A DNA stretch of 64,000 bases from Octopus vulgaris. Lineage: Eukaryota. Below are positions 11,471 to 24,843 of this stretch, in pieces. Location: assembly GCA_951406725.2 (NCBI GenBank), contig OX597815.1, positions 27,342,001-27,406,000 on the forward strand. The letters run 5' to 3'. Numbering within the stretch: position 1 is the first letter of the stretch; each line of letters opens with the position of its first letter. A program made the position numbers and the translations under genes. Below the pieces are notes generated by a model. The model saw only the letters and a list, made by a program, of their open reading frames with translations, made no database searches and was not told where the DNA came from.

Positions 11471-13256
11471 GTATGACCCTATTTGGTATTGAATCGAATG
11501 TTGAGCGATTGCTTAGAAAGAGTATGGCGAATTGGAGGACGAACCTGACAGCATACGGAAGAAGTTTAGGGACAGTAGAAATTAGGAGGGGCATCTTCCA
11601 AGGGGACTGCCTGTCTCCACTGAGCTTTGTACTGTGCTTGATACCACTAACACTGATTCTGAGGAAAGTAAAAGCTGGGTATGTATTCGAAAGCCGCCAA
11701 CCAAAAGTCAACCATTTGTTATTCATGGATGACCTCAAATTTTATGGTAAAGATAAAGCCCAAGTCAGTTCCCTCGTTGATACGGTGTATAACTTCAGTG
11801 CTGATATCAGAATAGAGTTCGGACTGAGAAAGTGTGATGTGTTAGTCTTAAAGAGAGACAAAATCAAATGAATGGACGGGCTAACGATACGGTCGGGAGA
11901 GGTTATGAAGCAGTTAGAAGAGACGGGCTATAAGTACTTGGGGATTTTAGAAATGGATAAATTGATGGAGAAAAAAAATGAGAGAAAGATTTAAGGTGGA
12001 ATATTTGCGCAGACTGAGACTGATCCTTAAGTCGAAATTAAATGGACGGAATAAGACCGAAGCTATCAACAGCTGAGCGGTTTCATTCCTTATATATGGA
12101 GCAGGGGTACTCGCATGGACAGTAGACGAACTAAACAGCTTAGATAGAAAGATAAGGAAGTTGCTAACTAGATATGGGTCACTCCGCCCAAAATGTGACA
12201 CAGACAGACTGTATGTACCAAGAAAAAGAGGGGGAGGAGGACTTATTGGATGCGAACACAGCATTAGAGCAGAAGAAAACAACATAGCATGGTATGTAAA
12301 AAATGCCATAGAACCGCTATTATTAGAAGTAAGAAGGTCAGGGTTGTGTAAGATGAAAGATTGCAAAGATAAAGCACTATACAAGAAATTGAAAACGAAT
12401 GAAACTGAAAATAGGTGGGTAAAGAAAATAATGCATGGCCAATTTCATAGGGATGTTGAAGATAAGACAGACAGAGTAAAAGATGGCTGTGGATGACTAA
12501 AAGTGATTTAAAACCGGAAACGAAGGCTCTAATCTGTGCTGCCCAAGAGCAAGCACTAAGAACAAACTACATAAAATACAGAATAGACAACACAGCAGAA
12601 AGTGATAAGTGCAGAATCTGTGGACAAAACGGTGAAACCGTATGGCATATAACCAGCCAATGTACGCCACTAGCCCAGAAGGAATATAAGAGACGCCACG
12701 ACAATATAGCCAAACTTATCCAATGGACACTTTGCAACAAGTATGGACTTGATAAAGCAAAAAATTGGTACGACTACAAACCTGAAGGCATCGTCGAAAA
12801 TAGAAATGCAAAGATCCCATGGGATTTTATGATTCAGTGCGACCATGAGATAGAGAATAGGAAGCCGGACATAGTTTTAATTGAGAAAGAAAACAAACTG
12901 TGCTGGATCATAGATATAGCATGCCCAGCTGACGACAAGGTATGCGATAAGGAAGAAAGAAAAGTCGGGAGGTATAACAGGTTAGCTTGGGAAGTTAAGC
13001 AGTTGTGGTCGATGAAAAAGGTAGTAGTAGTACCAATAATTGTCGGAGGCCTGGGAACAGTGAGCAAAAATCTCGAAAAGTGCGTGGAACAAATAGGGGC
13101 TGCAATAAGGGTGGAGCACTTGCAGAAAACAGCACTGCTTTGAACCGCTCGAATATTCCGAAAGGTGCTCGAAAAGTAAGAGATGTTACCTTAGTTCACT
13201 GGTAGTGAACAGCTGATACTGTAGTACATCTCCCGTGTTAGAAGCTGTGTAAAGGC
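11468..13256 (+). mobile_element. R4/Dong-clade LINE, 5'-truncated (family D2): RT C-half, CCHC and restriction-like endonuclease
   Basis: RRGIFQGDCLSP, HLLFMDDLK, CRICGQNGETVWHITSQC, RRHDNI, RKPDIV..IIDIACP. Stops are present. Ends in (TAA)n. Confidence 0.9.
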
Positions 13257-13291
13257 AATAATAATAATAATAACAATAATAATAATAATAA

Positions 13292-13761
13292 GGTATAAAA
13301 GATGGGCTACAGCAAATATTCTGCTCAATACCACAGATTTGCTTGTCAGTTGTTTGATCTTAACCAGTTGAGCATGTCCCTTAGTGGCTGACGATATGTG
13401 CATCTCTGATCACGAGCAGAAGTAGTGGGGGAGCATCATAGCCATGTGTTGAGAAGGATTCTTTGGGGTTTGAATAATTCACCTCTGGAAACATGGGTGT
13501 TTCGTTCAACGTCCTTAAACAACCCTTATTCAGGGACCATTTGAGCAGGATGGGTTACTCGATCTGAAGAAAATTCTAACTGGGCTCCACCTGCAAGGTC
13601 ATGTGCTGTTTATCTTGATATGAGATCACCATATCGCGCACATATGGTTGTGATGCATGTGCCTGGTGTACCCTTATCAGACGGGTAGTCATGATGGGTA
13701 TACTGGGCTTCGTATATTTTACCCCAGTGTCACTTTGATGGCATGCTCTGCTCGCTCACTC
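13292..13761 (+). mobile_element. Unclassified non-coding repeat X between two (TAA)n tracts
   Basis: Second copy of 10339-10783, 5'-truncated and 3'-complete. Confidence 0.75.
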
Positions 13762-14196
<435 letters not shown>

Positions 14197-14880
14197 TTTT
14201 CTTATAAAAGGGATAATATGCAACCCGGAAAGTGAATTTTCAATAAACTCAGGCAAGATGAATTTTTCTTTCAATATTGGGTAAGTTATTTCGATATGAT
14301 GTAATAAGTTTAATTTATCCATAGTCCAAGTTTATACACATTAAGTGAAAGAAAACTTATTGATTTAAAAATTAAACTTACTAGATAGAATAATTTTCGC
14401 ATTTATATACTGCTCTCTAGACCAGCTATAAACAAAATAAAAACCGGGTGTAATTTATAAATACTTTCTAGATGTATCAGCTACGTATACGTACTTTCAT
14501 GCTATCTTACAAATAAAACGACCTTGATCGAAAAAACCATTATCCATCAAGTGAATGTGTTTGAAATATTATTTTCTATAGATTATGAAAATATATCGCA
14601 GGCTGGTGTTATTTATGAAAGGGTAGCATTATTGCTAAAAATTTGAACCAACATTTCATTTAAGTGATATAACGGTTAAATGTATGTTTTTAAAATGAAA
14701 ATTAAATAGTTTTAAATTTAATTAGTTCGCAAAATGTATTAGAAATGTTATAAAGAAAAATCAATGAAAAAATAAAAGCTGAAGTTCAAATAAATGGGAT
14801 AGAACTCAAACTCACGAGTAAATCTATAAGTATTAGATTCTTGCTAAAGCGATGTATTCAGTATTGGTAATATATATATA

Positions 14881-15273
14881 CTAGCAGTATCGCCTGGTGT
14901 TGCTCGGGTTTGTAAGGGAAATAACTATATAAGCATTTTTAGAGAGTTATAGCCAAAAAATAGCAAAAATATGCATTAAAAATGGAAAAGAAATTATGGT
15001 AAATTTTTTTTAAATCGTTGACTCATCGTAGACATTTTTAGAGAGTTACTTCCCTTATATAATAGCGAAAAATGCATTAAAATGGAAAAAAATGACGGTA
15101 AATTTTTTTTTAAATCGTAGACTCATCGTAGACGCACGCTAATACCCAGAAGGGCTCGATATGAATCACGACTATAAGATACCCGCTTTTGGTTAAACTG
15201 CACCGCAAAATGTGGGAGTAGTTAGGAATCTAAATCGTAGGAGACAGACACACAACTTCACTTTTATATATAA

Positions 15274-15276
<3 letters not shown>
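14881..15276 (-). mobile_element. Non-autonomous Helitron
   Basis: 5' TC(TTTATATATAAAA), 3' hairpin CCCGAGCAACACCAGG followed by CTAG, inserted between A and T, no TSD. Confidence 0.8.
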
Positions 15277-15315
<39 letters not shown>

Positions 15316-15318
<3 letters not shown>

Positions 15319-15460
15319 GCATGGCTGTGTGGTATGAAGCATGCTTCCCAACGACATGGTCCTGCGTTCAGTTCCACTGGGCAAGTGTCTTCTACAATAG
15401 CCTCGAGTCGATTAAAGCATTGTGAGTGGATTTGGCAGACGGAAAGAAGTCCGCCATATA
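15316..15460 (+). mobile_element. SINE family B, 5' part
   Basis: CAGGCATGGCTGTGTGGT..GGGCAAGTGTCTTCTAC..GTGAGTGGATTTGG. Confidence 0.8.
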
Positions 15461-16216
15461 TAAGTGTGTGTGTGTGTGTACGTGTGTGTGTGTGTGTGTG
15501 TGCGTGCGTGCGTGCGCGCGCGCGTTTGTGTGTGAGTGTGTGTGTGTGTGTGCATATATATACATTCATATAGAATATTATTGACAGTGACTTCGAATTT
15601 TCGATTTGCTAAGCCATCATCGATCTGTGGTACATTTGAGTTCGTCTTGAATATAGTCTCTGTTAAGTTAAAATTTTTCTAGGATATATGGAGCTCCGTT
15701 GAATGATAATTAGGTTATGGGATAGGTTGTGATGGAACGATATTATGGAAGATTTTTATTGATTAAATTTGTAGTTGTGTTATTGTTCAGAATTTAATCA
15801 TGCAAGTGTTTATTTAGCTCTGCCAGCTTCAGAACACAAGGTTATCATTTAAGGATTCAAAAGAGAATGTATGTAGGTGAAAAGGTTAGTTGATCAGCAG
15901 CTATGTCACTAGGTTTAGTTGTAATTGGTTTTATATGGATACTAATGGAAAATTTAACTTTTTGCTTTGGGAGCGTGAAGGTTACAGTTTAGACTTTAGT
16001 GAAGCTTTAGAGTAAGGCGTGTTTATTGTAAATAAACACCTAGTTACAAAAGTTTAAAGGCTGGACTGAACTCTGGACAGAAATGCTTAGAGACAAGAGA
16101 TATGTATGGGTGTGTAAGTGTGCTTGTAATTGGTGTGCGATGTGTACGTGATATGTGCGTGTTGGGTGGTAGTAAGAGAAGGGTCGAGGTAATGGAGAAA
16201 AAAAGCAAGGAGGGCA

Positions 16217-16796
16217 TCATTCATCATCATCATTGTTCGACTGTGGTCGAGACAATGGAATTTACTATGCTTCGCCAGACTTCACGGTCCATCATGGCAT
16301 TACGGAGGTCCTGTTGCTTGATACCTGTATCCCTGGAGATTACATCAGGGTAGGAGAGTGTGCGCCCTCTGGTATTGCGGGTTGATGGCTTCCAGAGGAG
16401 AAGAGTAGAAATTACCTCTTTTTCAGCTCTACAACAATGTCCAGCAAACTGGACTCTCCTACCTTTCAGAAGAGATGACACAGGTGGTAGTTTCCCATAT
16501 ATTTGCATTTGGGTTGGATGGCGCTTCCACGGGAGATTTTGAGCTCTCATAAGGAGGCGAGTGTAGGTTCCATCCAACCGCCTCTCAAGCTTCTTTGATA
16601 ACGTCCAGGTTTCTGAGCCATATAGTAGAATTGGTTCGACTGTGGCTTTGAAGATTTCAAGTTTGAAGTCTCTACTTTGATTTGATGACCAGATCTTATG
16701 CATGTCATTACAGGCTGACCAGGCCATACCCTTTCTAGTTAGAAAGTCTTTTCCAGATGATGATATGTATGACCCAAGATATTTGTAATCAGAAAC
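16217..16796 (-). mobile_element. RTE-clade LINE 3' fragment
   Basis: Open 189-aa frame (YKYLGS..ILLYGSETWT..QFAGHC) with a (TGA)n tail. TSD CAAGGAG(G/A)GCA at 16206 and 16797. Confidence 0.9.
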
Positions 16797-16883
16797 CAAG
16801 GAGAGCAGGAAGGTACAGTGGAACCATATTGATCAAACAGGAACAAAATTATTAGACCAAGTCAGGTTATATAAACAACAGAT

Positions 16884-19467
16884 CACGGGTGTATCTTATA
16901 GGAATATTTCATGCAGTGAAATTTGAATTTAAAAAAATTTTTTTTATTTTTCTTTCTTTTTTCTTTTCTTTTTTTTTTTTTGAAACTGAAGAAAATATGA
17001 ACAATTATGAAAGGCAAAAGAGGAGTATTTTATAAAGGCTTTCTATCCGAAACTAAACCGGGAATATTGACAACAGATACCAAACACAGTTACTACTACA
17101 CGGGTAACAACGGAGAAAACTTCGGTTTATATCATGTATTTGAAAAGCTGTGTGTATTCATTGGATTGCATATGCAAAATATATCATTACAATAAAGCAA
17201 GTTGACAAAAACTTGAAAGGTGATTACGGAATGTCCTTTATCACATGGTTGGAGCCCCTTTAGTTTCAATCACTACTTGAATATGTCGTAACATATGGAA
17301 AACAACCTGTAATACTGTTTAGGTGTGATAGAAGTCCAGGTAATCTCGATAGCCATCTTTAGCTCTACCTGATTACTGGGAGGCAACATGGTCTTGTTCT
17401 TTTTAACGATACTCTATATACTCTCTTTAGGGGTCAAGTCAGGTAAGTCACCTGGTCAAGGAAGCATGTTTATGTATTGATTATGTAGTAACTGGGCAGC
17501 TGTTGTTTTGGTGCTGTGGATAAGTTCTATGAAATCTTTCCTTGGCTAATAACATCCATGGTTTCCAGGTCTATGAACATTAGCATTAATATACTTCGGA
17601 TATTTGATGATCCTGGCCATGCCGTTGGTAGTGGATGACTCTTTCCCCGAAACTGCTCATACGAAATACAGCTTTCTATGGTTATATCAGTAACCCTAGA
17701 CCATGTGACTGTGAGGTTCTACGCCTTATTGAAAAGTAGCCTGTGTTTGGTTCAAGGCAGCTTATTTCCATATTCGCTGGTAATTTCTTATATTCAGAGG
17801 TCATTTGATGGCCCTAGTATCATTTGGAAATCGTCGCAACAGGATTTTAAAAGAAACCTCTCTTGTGCCACTGTAAAATCATTGGTATTGAGCGAATCCA
17901 CTTCTGGGACACTCACCAAATACCTGGAGGTCACACATAATGACATTTACACCTGCACGTTACTGGTCGTTTTGATTCTCTCATGGAAAATGCTTTCGAC
18001 TAAACAAAGATAATACAGCAATCTTCATTGATGTCGTTAGAAAGCGATGCATGTGCTTGCAACACATTGCAAGAAGCTAGCAATCTGTTAGTGATACACA
18101 CTTATGGACATCATGACATGACTACACACAGGTCGTCGTCCAGCAAAAATCTTCATCAACCAGCTGTGTACAGAAACACGATATTCCCCCCACTGACCCA
18201 AATGCTAGATACGATCATCATAATGGGTGGCGAAATCGAGTCGGGAAATCCATGCAAACTGGAACATATGCGCTGGTGCCAAATCCTGCTGGAACAAAAA
18301 TTCTTCATCATTAAATAGCTTTTCAGTTGATGAAAGTATGAAGTGCTCACGTATCGTCTGGTGCACCCCGCCGCATAGACTAACCCCGAGGAAATTTATT
18401 GGCTTCGTGATTTGGTTCCTGCACATGAGACCCAAGCCTCTACTGACTGCGGGAATTGAGAGCTTAAGTTATATGCCTTTCCAAGCCTCCTTCAAATTCT
18501 GTAGTTTTGGTTTCTTATGGAAATACAAACTTGCTTTCATCGGAGAAAAAAAAAACTTTAAGCCACTACTCAATACGTTCCTGTTTGTTTCGATTCAGCA
18601 GACTTTGGCACTGCCTGTCGTTCAGAAAGTATCTCTTAAAGCCGTGGTGGCCTTTGATACAATAACTTCTGCTTCCGTTCACTTTTTATGAATCTCTTCC
18701 CACAGTAAAGCCAGCTCATTTTTTTTTACAATTATCACAAAGTGATCGTCCTTCGTGTTCGTGCCGTCGCCCAGACGAGATTCAAGAAAAATGCTTCGAA
18801 CGGAATTCTGAGAACAACCAGCTTTTTCAATGACAACCTTCGTTTCCTCCCTTCTTTGCGGACTATATCAATTATGGTCTTTTGGAAATGTTTGCGATTG
18901 CAGCGTTTTCAATGTACATACATACATACATACTTACATACATGCATACATACATACATACATACATACATACATAGATACATACATACATACATGCATA
19001 CATACATACATACATACATACATACATACATACATACATACATACATTCATACATACATACATACATACATACATTCATACATACATACATACATATATA
19101 CATACATGCATACATATATACATACATACATACATACATACATACATACATACATACATACATTCATACATACATACATACATTCATACATACATACATA
19201 CATACATTCATACATACATACATACATACATACATACATACATACATACATACATACATACATACTTACATACATACATACATACATACTTACATACATA
19301 TATACATACATACATACATACTTACATACACACATACATACATACATACATACATGCATACATACATACATTCATACGTACATACATACATACATACATA
19401 CATAAATACATACATACATACATACATACATACATACAAGCATATATATATGTGTGTGTGTGCGTAC

Positions 19468-19518
<51 letters not shown>

Positions 19519-19699
19519 AAATCACATTATTTGTATTCTTCCACATCTTAGTCACGTTGGTAATCATTCTATAATTTAGTAAGATTGCTCATGGACTGAA
19601 TTGAAGCTAACAGCTATATCTGTTATGCGTAAGAATAATAACTTCTTCCGATATTCATTTTTTCCCCTCAATATTCTAATTTTCTGAGACGCACCTGTA
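16884..19699 (-). mobile_element. Decayed Tc1-like transposon with internal insertions
   Basis: TIR TACAGGTGCGTCTCAGAAAATTAGAATATT at 19699. FLFQQDLAPAH at ~18270-18300. PGDLPDLTPKESI (a decayed SPDLNPIE motif) at ~17420-17460. Interrupted by unclassified DNA at ~17520-18255 and by (TACA)n at 18916-19516. Confidence 0.65.
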
Positions 19700-19759
<60 letters not shown>

Positions 19760-19802
19760 CGTGTGTACGTACATACATATGTGTGTGTGTTTATATAATA
19801 AT

Positions 19803-19858
<56 letters not shown>

Positions 19859-19877
19859 CAATACTAATCATGATGGC

Positions 19878-19918
<41 letters not shown>

Positions 19919-19991
19919 CGACGACGATGATGATGACGACGACGATGATGATGATGGTGATGATGATGATGATGATGATGATTAAAATAAC

Positions 19992-20038
<47 letters not shown>
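18916..20038. repeat. Compound microsatellites (TACA)n, (TA)n, (TG)n, (TAA)n, (TGA)n
   Basis: Read directly from the sequence. Confidence 0.95.
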
Positions 20039-20432
20039 GGTAGAATCAGTCGAGTGATCGTGGTAAAATACAGTTTGTTAGTCTCTAGCATAAACACGTC
20101 TTGTATAAAAAAACAAAAAAAAACAAAACAAAGAGTAAAAGAAAAATGACTCGATAATTGATCAATAAAACTTTTTAATCAATGCATCAAATACAGTTCG
20201 TCCCATATTGAGATTAGGCAGAAAATTTCCGATAATATGACAGGTGCTATATAATTCCATTTCGAAAGCCACAAGCAGTCCGTATCCTCCATTTACGGCG
20301 GACTACTTTCAACGAAACAGCTATATGTAGCAGATATAAAAAAAAAAGTACGCGGCACGGCTACAAGACATTCGTAAAGTTACTTAAGATGCAACCGACC
20401 TGCGTTTGAAACAGCTGTAGTACTCAAATATC

Positions 20433-20862
20433 GGATCTTTTCGGTTTGAATGGCAGTTTTTTCTAGCGGTGTCATATGAAATTGTCACCCATAATTATGA
20501 CCCTAGTATCGATCTATTGCATTTCAATCTATTTTAGGGTTAGGGTTAGAGTTAGAGTTAGTTAGGGTTAGGGGTGGGGGAAGGGTATCTTTTTTTCTTC
20601 AGAAATGTAAATAAACCCAATCTGTTTGAGGGAAATGTTCATACGGCACAGAATGTTTTCACCTCAATAGACGTCATTGATTGGTTGGAATTGCGGAAAT
20701 TGAAGGGAAAAAAACAACAAATATCTTACAAACTATAGAATTTTCTCAATAAAGCCGAGAAAAAGATGTTTTATAAACACATTCTACCAGTATACGAAGT
20801 TTAAAAGTGTTTAGTTACGTGGAAATTATTTTTAAAAACTGCCGTTCAAACCGAAAAGATCC
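20433..20862. mobile_element. M1 MITE, opposite orientation to the 4735 copy
   Basis: Same TIRs. Perfect 8-bp TSD CAAATATC at 20425 and 20863. Internal TTAGGG/G-rich tract. Confidence 0.9.
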
Positions 20863-20903
20863 CAAATATCACATCCCTTTTATTTACAGATATGTATGTA
20901 TAC

Positions 20904-21035
<132 letters not shown>

Positions 21036-21693
21036 GGTACAGCTTATTCACTCACGTGCGTGCTTGCATGAGTGTGTGTGTGTGTGTGTACATATCCTTA
21101 TACAAGACGGTTAAAAACGGAAGCGGAAACTTGTTGAACTTCCTTTTCACACCTCAATATCTCGAGTTTCCTGTCTATATGCGAAGAATCATTTATGTGG
21201 CGGTAGTAATGCTTAAGAAATATGCTTTCCTTGTTACTACTATGAAGTTTCATTATAGCCAAAAATAATGCGGCGACCTGGCAGAACTGTTAGCGCGTCG
21301 GACAACATGCTTAGCGTTATTACTTCCGATTCTTTACATTCTGAGTTCAAGCTCCGCCGAAATTGACTTTGCCTTGCATCCTTTCACGGGTCAATGAAGT
21401 CGACTGGCCCCATCTCCCCGCAAATTCCAGGCTGTGTGCTAAAATATGTGAAAGTATTATATTGAAATGTGGCTGCTATTACTAACACGTCGGATTGCCT
21501 CTTAGAAGTCTCTTTGTTGGCTCGTCATCTTGTTTCGTTATTCTACCTTATGGGTTCAAATCCTGATAGTGTTTATTTTTGTTTTTCGTCTCTCTACAGG
21601 AGTGATGAAATTTTCAAGTATGCAATTTACTGCATCCACTCCTCTGCAAATATGAATCATACGTTTATGGGGAGAAAATATGACGATGTTAAT

Positions 21694-22075
21694 GGAAGCA
21701 CTCCGTCGGTTACGACGACGAGGATTCCGGTTGATCCGAATCAACGGAACAGCCTGCTCGTGAAATTAACGTGTATGTGGCTGAGCACTCCACAGTCACG
21801 TGTACCCTTAACGTAGTTCTCGGGGATATTCAGCGTGACACAGAGAGTGACAAGGCTGGCCCTTTGAAATAGAGGTACAACAGAAACAGGAAGTAAGAGT
21901 GAGAGAAAGTTGTGGTGAAAGAGTACAGCAGGGATCACCACCATCCCCTGCCGGAGCCTCGTGGAGCTTTAGGTGTTTTCGCTCAATAAACACTCACAAC
22001 GCCCGGTCTGGGAATCGAAACCGCGATCCTATGACCGCGAGTCCGCTGCCCTAACCACTGGGCCATTGCGCCTCC
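21694..22075 (-). mobile_element. tRNA-derived SINE family C
   Basis: A box TGGCCCAGTGG, B box GGTTTCGATTCC. TSD TGACGATGTTAAT. Near-identical to the 27766 copy. Confidence 0.9.
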
Positions 22076-22349
22076 ACTGACGATGTTAATACTAAACCAT
22101 AGGCGGCGATCCGGCAGATTCATTAACATGCCGGACAAAATGTTTAGCCGCATTTCTTGATGTTCTGAGTTCAAATCTTGTAGACATCGACTTTCGAGAT
22201 TGATAAAATAAAGTACCAGTCAAGTGCTTGACTTGTTCCCTCCCCTCAAAATTGCAGTCCTTCATTCCTGCAACAGACCGGAGCCTCGTTCAGAGGAATG
22301 TTATGATCCCGATCATTGGCGTACTAGGACTCAAGAAAGACAAAAAAAA

Positions 22350-22521
22350 GGCGTAACTTCGGTATAGGTACCGGAAGTACCGGATACATTTCAAGAAAGT
22401 GTTTTTTTTTTATATATATATATATGGGGGGTTAGGAGTGGGAGAAAAGGGTTTCTGTTATCTTCAGAAATGTAAACAAAGCCATTTCCGGTACTTACGG
22501 TACCTATACCGAAGGATCACC
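22350..22521. mobile_element. Small MITE family M2 (GG-terminal TIRs)
   Basis: TIR CTTCGGTATAGGTACCG(G/T)AAGTACCGGA. Flanked by ACAAAAAA on both sides. Internal G-rich block shared with M1. Confidence 0.75.
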
Positions 22522-22588
22522 ACAAAAAAAAATACTAAACCGTGAGTTTCCAAGTCCTTTCAGTTCTGATTTTAATTTCATCGAAGTG

Positions 22589-23321
22589 TACGAGGGGGTG
22601 CTGAGAAGTTCCTTGTTTTAAAGGTGTCGCGAAAGGTCTGATTGGCACCCAACATTCTGAGTTCTTTTACAGGGCTTAGAAAAACTCAAGAACTGCTGCA
22701 GTAAGTGTGTGAATCTGAGAGAGGAATATCTATATATATAAAACTGTAGTTGTGTGAGAGTCTGTCCCCTTCGATTTAGATTCCTAACTACTCCCACATT
22801 TTGCGGTGCAGTTTAACCAAATTCGGGTATCTTATAGTCGTGATTCATATCGAGCCCGTCTGAGTATTAGCGCGCGTCTACGATGAGTCTACGATTTTAA
22901 AAATAATTTAACATAATTTTTTATTCCATTTTAATGCCTATTTTTTCGTGTGTCGATGGCGGCGGAGTTGGCGTCCACGCTCACATCTGCACCTGTTTGC
23001 TTCTCCCCCTTCTTCCCTCCCTCGTGAAGCTGTGAGGAAGGGAGTGTAAGGAAATCAACGTCGTAAAGCGTTGTCAAGGAGACCAGCGTTCTTTTAGAAC
23101 AACGACTTCATGGCTTGAAGACACCAAAACAGAAATGGCTAAGAAAGCCCGAATTGGCATCTATAAGGGAAGTAACTCTCTAAAAATGCTTATATAGTTA
23201 TTTCCCTTACAAACCCGAGCAACGCCGGGCGATACTGCTAGTATTGAATAGAATCATAATTAACTGATCCTCCTGTATTTTCTTTTACCCAACGCCAGGA
23301 ACTTTGCAGCAACCCTTCGTA
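22589..23321. mobile_element. Mariner-derived MITE hosting a Helitron
   Basis: TA-CGAGGGGGTGCTGAGAAGTTCC at the left end and GGAACTTTGCAGCAACCCTTCG-TA at the right end. Confidence 0.7.
22729..23241 (+). mobile_element. Non-autonomous Helitron
   Basis: A|TCTATATATATAAAA at the start and CCCGAGCAACGCCGGG-CGATACTG-CTAG|T at the end. Confidence 0.85.
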
Positions 23322-23844
23322 GATTGCTTTATACTCTTAGGAGAGCATTGACACCAAAACTTCCCGTTTCTCCCCACCTTTAACAAAAAACATGTAGCTT
23401 TATACCTCTGTAAGGAATAATTATTAAATTTATTTCCCTAGTATAGGGATTCAGTTGTTATTAATGAATCAATTAATCACCCCGAATGTTATTTTATGGA
23501 ACACGCAGCTCACCCCCGTCGCACTTCTAATAGGATTTTATTGATTCGCTTTTTGGTTATTACAGTTGAAGGGAGAACACCTTCATAAAAGGAATTGCGT
23601 TGGTGAAATTGAGGACCTGAGCTAATTATAGGAGAATTTATTGGATGAACTCCAACTGACTGTGAAAGGTGTACATACACTCATCGACTGGTGTGAGGTC
23701 ACGGGAGAAATTGGAGAATGAGAAGCAACGCAGAGGAAACGCTATAAATTCAGGAAACAAAGAAATATAAAACAAGAGATGAAAGCAAAAGATTAATATA
23801 GATATAACACACATGCGCACACACACACACACACTCCCTCTCTT

Positions 23845-23888
<44 letters not shown>

Positions 23889-23997
23889 CCACTCTCTCTT
23901 TCTCTCTCTCTCTCACACACACATTTAGGTAGATAAATATTTGTTGTATTTAGGCTGTTTTGTAATGATTTTACAGGCATATAATTTCAGTGTTCCG

Positions 23998-24099
<102 letters not shown>

Positions 24100-24360
24100 T
24101 ATGTAGAGCTTTGAACAAACCTAGCAACGATAGAAAAAGAACTGACGGGAACAGGTGTATGTTTACGCATATGAGTTGCGTCCAAAAAGTGTCTGACTTT
24201 ATTTTTTTTCCCGCCAAATATAAAGTTTTTGGCCGTGCGAGAAAAACCCTTTAGGTTGAGAAGCAACGCCATCTTTCCTGCGCATGCAACGAAAACTTTC
24301 GTGTAGGTAGGCCGCGTCAGTTCCCAGCTGTTACGCCTACGGTATAGACGTGTAGTCTAA

Positions 24361-24843
24361 GGCCGCGAGCTGGCAGAATCGTTAGCACGCCGGGCAAAAT
24401 GCTTAGCGGTATTTCGTCTGCCGTTACGTTCTGAGTTCAAATTCCGCCGAGGTTGACTTTGCCTTTCATCCTTTCGGGATCGATAAATTAAGTACCAGTT
24501 ACGCACTGGGGTCGATGTACTCGACTTAATTCGTTTGTCTGTCCTTGTTTGTCCCCTCTGTGTTTAGCCCCTTCTGGGTAGTAAAGAAATAGGTATAGAC
24601 GTGTAGTCTAAGGCGGCGAGCTGGCAGAAACGTTAGCGCGCCGGGCAAAATGCTTAGCGGTATTTCGTCTGCCGTTACGTTCTGAGTTCAAATTCCGCCG
24701 AGGTTGACTTTGCCTTTCATCCTTTCGGGGTCGATTAAATAAGTACCAGTTACGCACTGGGGTCGATATAATCGACTTAATCCCGTTTGTCTGTCCCTGT
24801 TTGTCCTCTCTGTGTTTAGCCCCTTCTGGGTAGTAAAGAAATA
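24361..24843 (+). mobile_element. Two tandem full-length SINE A copies within a mariner remnant
   Basis: GGTATAGACGTGTAGT occurs at 24341, 24592 and 24844. A mariner remnant (DPDF..GDETSVYG) lies on the minus strand at ~24917-24990. Confidence 0.9.

Noticed and set aside
17520-18255. Possible coding exon inside the Tc1 element
   Set aside because: Short broken frames with no recognisable domain; probably a decayed TE and left unclassified.
18742-19551. Long ORFs such as the 269-aa HTYI-repeat frame, and similar frames at 28800, 55060 and 56372
   Set aside because: These are stop-free translations of microsatellites, not genes.
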